Assembly: GCA_012295275.1 (NCBI GenBank)
Contig: CM022665.1
Coordinates: 39,308,001-39,372,000, forward strand
DNA from: Chrysomallon squamiferum
Taxonomy: Eukaryota > Animalia > Mollusca
Direction of reading: 5' to 3'
DNA: 64,000 nucleotides
Position 1 is the stretch's first letter, and each line of letters starts with the position of its first letter. Below are positions 1-64,000 of this stretch, piece by piece. The translations under genes and the position numbers were made by a program. The notes under the pieces were generated by a model. The model was given only the letters and a program-made list of their open reading frames with translations, was not told the DNA's origin and did not search any database.

Positions 1-364
1 ACTATATACATTATTATTTTTTTTTCAGCTTACGTCATTATTATTTTATTTTTCTATCACTGAATTACAGGCATATGCTATCACTAATTTTTTGTTTTCT
101 TCTTATCATTTTTCAGGAAAAGAAATTGAAAATATACTTATAAATTTGATAATCGAGTACAAGAATTTAATAACAATAGTAGTAGTAGAAGCAACAATAG
201 CTAAAAAATGAACAACAGTATAGCAACAATAATAATAATATTGTTATTATTATTATTGTTGTTGTTGTTGTTGTTGTTAATCTTAGTATTATAATTATGT
301 TTATATTTATGTTTAAAATTATGTTGATGATGATAGTAATAAAATCGATGACGAAAGAGCGTAC

Positions 365-1013
365 CATCTTCATCAGCAACGGCAAGAATATCCTGCGTAT
401 CTCTGCTGTCAACTAGATTCTCTACCTCGGTTTCGTCTATCACGCCGTCCATGTTGGCATCAAAATCAGCGGCATCTGCAGCAGTTAATTTAATTCTTAT
501 TAAACCTTTACAGTGAACATTCACGTGCTGAAAATAGTTATTCAATACTCTTCGCTTGAAAATAACATCTTAAGTAAGTTAGTTGCTCTTCTGGAGCTGT
601 TCGTGTTGTTATTGCTGTAGTTAATGTTGTTGTTACTTTAGTGTTTGATATTGATAATGACGTTGCTGCAGCTGTAATTTCTTTCAGTTACAATATTATT
701 GTCTTCACAAGGTTATCATTTGTTTTTTTGGGTTATCTTATTATTAAATTTTCAGTTCTGTAAAGATTATTATTATTATTATTATTATTATTATTGTTAT
801 TTTCTCGTGTATTTATTTACCACAAAAGCAAGTTACTAAAATGTTGTTACCTCTTTTCCCAGCAGCCATTGCGACTTTGGCAATCGCCGCGCTTACTGCT
901 ATTCTCTTAGCTACTTCACCTACACGTCGAAAAAAACGTCGTCCACGCCAACTACCCGCAGACAGGGTGACCGCAGCAACCAACAACAACAACAACAACA
1001 AAGTAGACTTCAT
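365..1013 (-). CDS. Secreted precursor: signal peptide + cationic amphipathic peptide + GKR + acidic EF-hand propeptide (coding exons 1013-851 and 475-365; 3' end outside the window)
   Basis: ATG at 1013 directly follows a tttag acceptor. Phase-1 donor AGAG|gtaac at 850; acceptor tgcag| at 476 restores the frame; phase-1 donor GATG|gtacg at 364. Spliced protein: MKSTLLLLLLLVAAVTLSAG-SWRGRRFFRRVGEVAKRIAVSAAIAKVAMAA-GKR-DAADFDANMDGVIDETEVENLVDSRDTQDILAVADED(G). DANMDGVIDETE fits the canonical 12-residue EF-hand loop. Confidence 0.85.
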
Positions 1014-1209
1014 CTAAAGAAAATAATAGAATGTTGTCATCAGTCATAAATGAATACTTATTTGTGTAACAACATATTTTAATATTAACTGATATTAGAA
1101 GACAATTATTTGAGTTTTATACATTGATTTTACTAGAGATAAAACCCGCTGTTACTACTCCATTTTCTACTCACATATATTAAAAATAAATGTTTTTTAA
1201 AAAAAAGCC

Positions 1210-1345
1210 ATTGTCCATCATAAATAAATCAGTAGTGGGCACTGGCTGAAACGGGAAATAAGCCAGAGAACAGGTTTGATCTTTCACCAGTAGATGTGAC
1301 AGACGAAACTCGCAGTTGCTTTCCTGATAGCCATTCTGATCCATC
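1210..1345. mobile_element. Degenerate SINE-like fragment
   Basis: cagtagtgggcactggctgaaacgggaaatagcc resembles decayed segments at ~23685-23770 and, in reverse orientation, ~30725-30860 and ~42750-42915. Family assignment is from recollection of molluscan tRNA-derived SINEs, not from a search. Confidence 0.35.
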
Positions 1346-1465
1346 AGCAGATAACTTCCTTTTTACTTTTTCTTTGATGAAACCAATCATGAAATAATGG
1401 CAATAATCGATCCTCCAACATATTTTTCCTTAGACGTTCACAAAAATACAAACTCATAGACCATC

Positions 1466-1756
1466 TCATGATACTACTGCTACTGCAACTACAACTACAA
1501 CTACAACTAGGACCAATACTAATATAATTACTACTACTACTATAATACAACAACTACTTCTACTATTACGATTACTACTACTACTACAGCAATAACAACT
1601 ACTACTACTACGATTACTATTTCTACTACTTCTACCATTAATAATAGTAATAAGATAATAATAGTAATAGTAATAATAATAATAATAACAATAATAATAA
1701 TAAGACAAAAACAACAATCATAATAATAATAATAAGGCAATAGCAACAATAACAAT
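1466..1756. repeat. Compound (CTA/CAA/TAA)n microsatellite
   Basis: Trinucleotide runs read directly. Confidence 0.9.
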
Positions 1757-1816
1757 TAAAACTAAATTAAATAAAGAACTAAATCTAAATAAATAAATAC
1801 AAATTTCAATACTTAC

Positions 1817-1872
1817 TTTGTAGCGTTCAGAATCAGATTGTCTGAAATGGTCAGATTAAGCCTCTTTTTATG
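1817..1872 (-). promoter_or_regulatory. Putative core promoter and short non-coding first exon of the secreted-peptide gene
   Basis: Minus strand reads CATAAAAAG (TATA-like, 1872-1864), then TTTCAGAC (Inr-like) about 28 nt downstream, then CAAAG|GTAAGT, a consensus donor at 1816-1811 that would pair with the acceptor in front of the ATG at 1013. Confidence 0.55.
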
Positions 1873-2179
1873 TGCTGTCGAACAGGATTTGAAATCCTAC
1901 ACCCACATCCTTATCTACAGTTATCATCAGTCAAATTGAAAATTCACATTAATTCATATCATATTATGTGAGAACATTAATTAACATCATTTCTAAAAGT
2001 CATTAATTAAGGGCGGTTTTGTTCATTAATTATGTCTCCTGTGTTTAAAAGACGTAAAAAAACAAAAAGGTGTGTGTATTGGATTTTAGCCAAACAGTCG
2101 CTGTTATTTCTGAAACTGCTAATGTTTTCAACAATATATATATTGTAACTGCCATGACTACGTCATGAATACGTCTGTT

Positions 2180-2525
2180 GCTACTACTACTATTACTACT
2201 ACTACCATGTATCAAAAAGAAGCAAAATAAACAAAAAAAATTAAACAACAGCAACAACAATAACAATAACAGCAGCAGCAGCAACAACAGCAACAACAAC
2301 AACAACAACATCATAATAATAATAATAATAATAGTAATAATAGTAATAATAATAATAACGGCCTGAGTCTTTTCCTCCTCACCCCCCAAAAAAACAGCAA
2401 CCAAAAAACAGAAAAATATGAACATAAAAAACAACAATATAATATAATATAATATAATATAATATAATATAATATAATATAATATAATACAATACAATAC
2501 AATATAATATAATATAATATAATAT
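2180..2525. repeat. (CAA/CAG/TAA)n and (AATAT)n microsatellites
   Basis: Tandem tri- and pentanucleotide runs read directly. Confidence 0.9.
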
Positions 2526-3525
2526 ACTTGTTAAATGTGTGGGATATTTATTTTATTGTCTAGCCACTTCCAGATTTAGGTCATTCATTTGTCATTAACC
2601 ACGCTGGTGATGGAGAACGTACGACAGCATACGTCAAAATATGTTAACAGGTCTTCAAATTTCAAAGTTTTAACTGTTAATTATATATATACATAAATAC
2701 ATATACCATATACAGGGTCATTATAAAGTACCTGTGCAATTTTATACTGTCATTATGGCATATCTGAAAATTAGGTACAAAGTGTACTTCTAAATTTTTA
2801 GAATCGTAAAACGATTTGTATATATAATGACTATGGTCATGTTGAAAATTAAGCAATAAATATATTTAAAAATTAAAAAATTCTTTTCTCTTATCCTTTT
2901 CACAGATCGATTCTATCATGCATTGATAAAATGTCATAAAATTTACAACTGCACAGTATGTGTTTGCGAATGATTAAAAATGTAACGAAAATGATTTTAT
3001 CGTTTTTGTAAAACAGGACAGCTTCGTAGCAGATGCTGGTTTTGTTGTAATTTATGGCTCGACAATCCTGGCTGTCAATGATATCAAATCTGAAATAAAC
3101 CTGTTTTTTGTAAACAGGACAAGATTGCACCAATTTACATTTTTGCACCAATTTACAACAAGCAATCTGCACATAGTCGTAATTTTGAATTATTTCATTT
3201 TATTTTATTTTATTTTATTATTATTTTTTTTTTTACTGCTGTTACTGTTATGTGACACCTTATTTTTCATCTCTTGTCAAAGCAGAACACAGTTTGTAAA
3301 CTCTGAGGTCAAAAGGTACTGCAAGACAGAAGATATTGTGATGTTTCAACAATTAAACATTTTCAGTACAAAATGTTTCTTACAATTTTAGATGATCATT
3401 TAGTGTTAGCTGCTTTTTGTTCCTTTCATTGCTAGAATAATATATACAGGCAAAATAAAGACGAAAAAAGATAAAATAAAGACACCTCGTTTATTTTTAT
3501 TTTAGTTCTGCAATTACGTATATAT

Positions 3526-4599
3526 TCATCGCTGTTTTCTGGAAGAATCGATTCTTCTGTGTTGTTGCAGGGTTTTGTGGTGACACGCCACACTAGAAAT
3601 ATGCACGCTGTTAACAAACATCATTCTTTTCTTCACATCAATCCCTGCTGCACGTTTTAAAGACTCGATGGTTTTAGACAAATATTTAACTTTCTCTTTT
3701 CTTTTGTGTTCTTCTTCACAATCCCGCCTTTGTTTCTCTCGTCGTCTGCTGTTTAGGTTGAAGTAAACAAGATGGCTGAAATTCGACATTTTCGTAGAAC
3801 TGGAAAACTCGTCGCATGTTTCACTTAGTCTTGATGTGTCGCTGTTTTCCGTGGATCTTTGATGAGATTTGCTTTTTGTGCAGATTGATTTGTAATCAGT
3901 ACTGCCTGCAGAGACACCATTGGACGTAGCATGACCCACCCTGGGTTTAGGAGTTATCTGTAATGTTTGTGTAAACTGTTTGCAGTTAGCTGTAGTGACT
4001 CTTCGTTCAGTAGCTGAAGTTACGAGGTTCTTTGTTCGTGCATCGTAGAACGTATGCGCCCTCTGAAAAGGTTTCAACTGATTCGCCGTACCGCTCATAC
4101 ATTTGTCACATTTGTTTTTCAAAGACGATTTCTCTGCTAACGTGTTAAGACATTTGCAGATGCTGTCTGATTTGGTTAACAACAGCCTCGTCCTAGGCCG
4201 TGTTTCCAGTTCTCTTTCGAAATTTTCTCCCTTTAACATGCTGCAGAAAACACTGGCGCCAACGACTTTTAACACAGGACTGACGATGTTTGACGTTGTG
4301 CGTTTCTGTCCAGGTTTTCTCGGTGCCACTTTAGAAAAGAGAACGGGGTTGAGCTTCACGTCACCGACTTCAAATAATTCTTCTTTACCGAAACCTTCTA
4401 TACAGCTTGGTGTCCGCACGTGCATTTGAAGAAGATCGTCAAAAAGTTTTGTTTCTTGTCTCAAAATTCTAGAATTCGCTTGTCTCTGTTGTCGTAACAG
4501 TTTCTTTTCTTTTAACTTGAACTTTTCTTCTATCCTTTTGTTTGCTGAATAAGTAAACACTTGTTGTGAGGCAACTGAGTCCAAATATATTTCTTCCAT
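3526..4599 (-). CDS. Uncharacterised basic, Ser/Thr/Lys/Arg-rich protein of 357 aa with predicted coiled-coil ends; single coding exon
   Basis: Stop-free, non-repetitive 1074-nt ORF, clearly more GC-rich than its flanks. First ATG at 4599 (MEEIYLDS...) with an in-frame TGA upstream at 4629-4627. Charged helical segments NKRIEEKFKLKEKKLLRQQRQANSRILRQETKL and RRREKQRRDCEEEHKRKEKVKYL. Confidence 0.75.
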   Translation of the reverse strand: MEEIYLDSVASQQVFTYSANKRIEEKFKLKEKKLLRQQRQANSRILRQETKLFDDLLQMHVRTPSCIEGFGKEELFEVGDVKLNPVLFSKVAPRKPGQKRTTSNIVSPVLKVVGASVFCSMLKGENFERELETRPRTRLLLTKSDSICKCLNTLAEKSSLKNKCDKCMSGTANQLKPFQRAHTFYDARTKNLVTSATERRVTTANCKQFTQTLQITPKPRVGHATSNGVSAGSTDYKSICTKSKSHQRSTENSDTSRLSETCDEFSSSTKMSNFSHLVYFNLNSRRREKQRRDCEEEHKRKEKVKYLSKTIESLKRAAGIDVKKRMMFVNSVHISSVACHHKTLQQHRRIDSSRKQR

Positions 4600-5665
4600 T
4601 CTTGACAAGATTCTACAAAATTCTCCTCATCAAAATGTTTCCGTTCGGCGTACGTCAGTATGACTGAATTAGAAACATCGGCGATCTATTATAAAAACCA
4701 ACGATTTCTGAAGTTAATCTCTCACAGGTTTCTTAAGGTTGTATAAAATGACTGCACATCAAAATACTATATCTATTTAATGAATACCAGTTTGACAGTA
4801 TCCAGAAAAAGAAAACAAAACTACACGACAGAATGTTTCCATTGAATGTACATCTACATGAAAGAAAAATGTACGATGAAAAACAAATTTCTTAACGAAT
4901 TTTTCAGAGAGAAATCATCGCACACGAAAACACAACGTCGTGAATCTTAGCTGTGAAAAACCAATTGTATTCCACTGACTAGATCAGACAAAGTAATGGC
5001 TGATATTAAATGATGTTTTTCATTTCTTAGTAATTAGCCACCTAGTTACCACACTGAACACGCACTATCGCAATGTTCGTGTTCATAACTATCAAATTAA
5101 ATATTTACACGTTATTTAACGACCCCTCCCTTGTAATGCGTTATGGCTGTTTTGTGTGTTGTTTTTTTTTTTCTCTGTCATTTAACTAACTGAGATTTGC
5201 TTGTGAGGAATCGATAATGAATAGGAAGTTTGTAAATGTCATAGCTGTCCATGTCTGCAGTTTTAGCACGTCTTGAGGTAAAACTGAAAAGAAACCAGTG
5301 ACCAGAGTGTAATTGGTTTCGAGTATTGCGTTGATTTCTTTAAAGTTTGTTAGTTCAGTCAAACACTGAAATAGAGACCGAGAAAAAGAATTGGACTTTG
5401 TGGTTATGACTGTGAACAAAAAAAAAATAATAAAAAAAAGAAAGAAGGGAGACACATTACTTTATTAATAAAATTATGTTTATCATCTCTACAGAAATAC
5501 ACATCTTCCGTTTTGTTCATGCTGACGAATATTCATTTTTTTCTAACCTTATCCAACTGAAGTTTGGATATAATTTGTGATGCATAGTAAAAACATATTT
5601 AGTGGCGTTTTTAACGGACTGTATAATTTCAAGGCCTATTTTATATTATTTTATTTTATTTTATT

Positions 5666-5735
<70 letters not shown>

Positions 5736-6920
5736 GGTGGTGGTGGTGGTGGTAGTGGTACACACTCGCATACATACGCATAGACACACGCATGCACACA
5801 CACAACATAATAAAATAAAGCAGATAAGATATAGTTTATATTATATAGCCTAAATATTATTTGTGAAAAGTCCCATAAATGTATCTGAATAAATATGTTA
5901 AAAAAATAGAATGAAATGCGAATATATGGGTAATATATGAAGTAGTGACATTTAAAATAAAATTACTGTAATATGTATACGCTATTTCAAGAAACTATCC
6001 AAGGGAACTAACTCTTTTAGACCTTCTATTATACCTCGTCGCGTTTTTCAAGTATCTTCAACTGCCTCTTTATTTTTTGTATACTGATTTATCTCATACA
6101 TACAATTTGTAAATTTATTACCTTGAGCTGAACTAGATTTCATTCGCTTTGACGTCGTCAATTAAAAATTACAGAATGTATATAACTCAATATACATTAA
6201 ACTGTTTTATTACATACATTTTTCATTTATTAAATTATTATAATTACAGTGTGTGTAATAATCTAAGGCAGAGCTTTCCAATGTTTTCCCTACCAAGGAC
6301 CAAGTTTATTCAAATGAATTTTCCCACGAACTTTTGAAACGTCTGTCTACTCAGCAAGTATGTTGTAATTAACTGACAACAAATTGTCTTCCCAGTTTTG
6401 TTTCTCCGTTCAAAGACGTATGAAACTCAATATGCAATTAAAATTTTATAATTATCACCCTAATGGTGTGTAAGTTAAACATTTTACACTTTAGGCTCTT
6501 AAAATTTTGAATTTACTTCAGCGGACCTTAGGGTGGAACAGCTGCTCTAAAGAATTTTTGAGAAGCGAGAGAGAGAGTGAGAAAAAAACAAATGTTTAAA
6601 AATTAACCAGATTCAATTTACAGTCACGCCATGCTATTCTAATATGCAGTGACATGCATTCCCCAAAGAATAAAGTCCGATAGCTAACCCATCTGCCGTG
6701 TCCCATATCGATAGCTCATGCAACACCTGGGGAAGGTAATTGGGCGGCAAGATCAAAAAGATCGATGGTATTGGTATTGTTTGGGTGCCCAGTGTGAAAC
6801 TTCAGTCAGTGAACGACACTGCTTGTGGTAAGGTGGGAGTCGTGAAACCGCTTCCTGAATGAAGCAGACGGTGCATCAGAAACCGCGAGTGAAATGTGTT
6901 TGCATCTCACAACGTTTGAT

Positions 6921-63950
<57,030 letters not shown>

Positions 63951-64000
63951 GTAAGTAATATATCATGATCTCCCATTCCAACCTGTTTGCCAAAACCAGT

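Noticed and set aside
201-545. 114-aa ORF as a stand-alone gene
   Set aside because: Only 475-365 is exon; the rest is intron and (AAC)n microsatellite.
4103-4429. 108-aa plus-strand ORF
   Set aside because: Antisense shadow of the longer minus-strand ORF.

Overview
AT-rich, microsatellite-dense, intron-containing animal DNA; the repeat types and gene content suggest a mollusc (inference). Three genes are present. (1) A small spliced minus-strand gene (exons ~1843-1817, 1013-851, 475-365, continuing out of the window) encodes signal peptide + cationic amphipathic peptide + G-K-R amidation/cleavage site + acidic EF-hand propeptide, a candidate antimicrobial or toxin-like precursor. (2) An intronless 357-codon minus-strand ORF of unknown function (4599-3526). 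(3) A large plus-strand usherin (USH2A-like) gene starts at ~6.9 kb and runs past the window end; I traced 58 exons by hand (LamG-like, laminin N-terminal, 10 laminin-EGF, FN3, two LamG, FN3 array, Cys-rich region, FN3 array). Notable points in usherin: two same-phase exons encode the same LamG1 segment (candidate mutually exclusive exons), eight single-base frameshifts with no nonsense substitutions (probably assembly indels), a ~3 kb exon, an RQKR furin-type site and a perfect RFX X-box in exon 2. Introns hold a hAT MITE with a perfect 8-bp TSD, a 33/31/29-bp higher-order minisatellite and tandem repeats that seem to start at splice junctions. Most short ORFs in the supplied track are microsatellite artefacts. 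All coordinates were read by eye.
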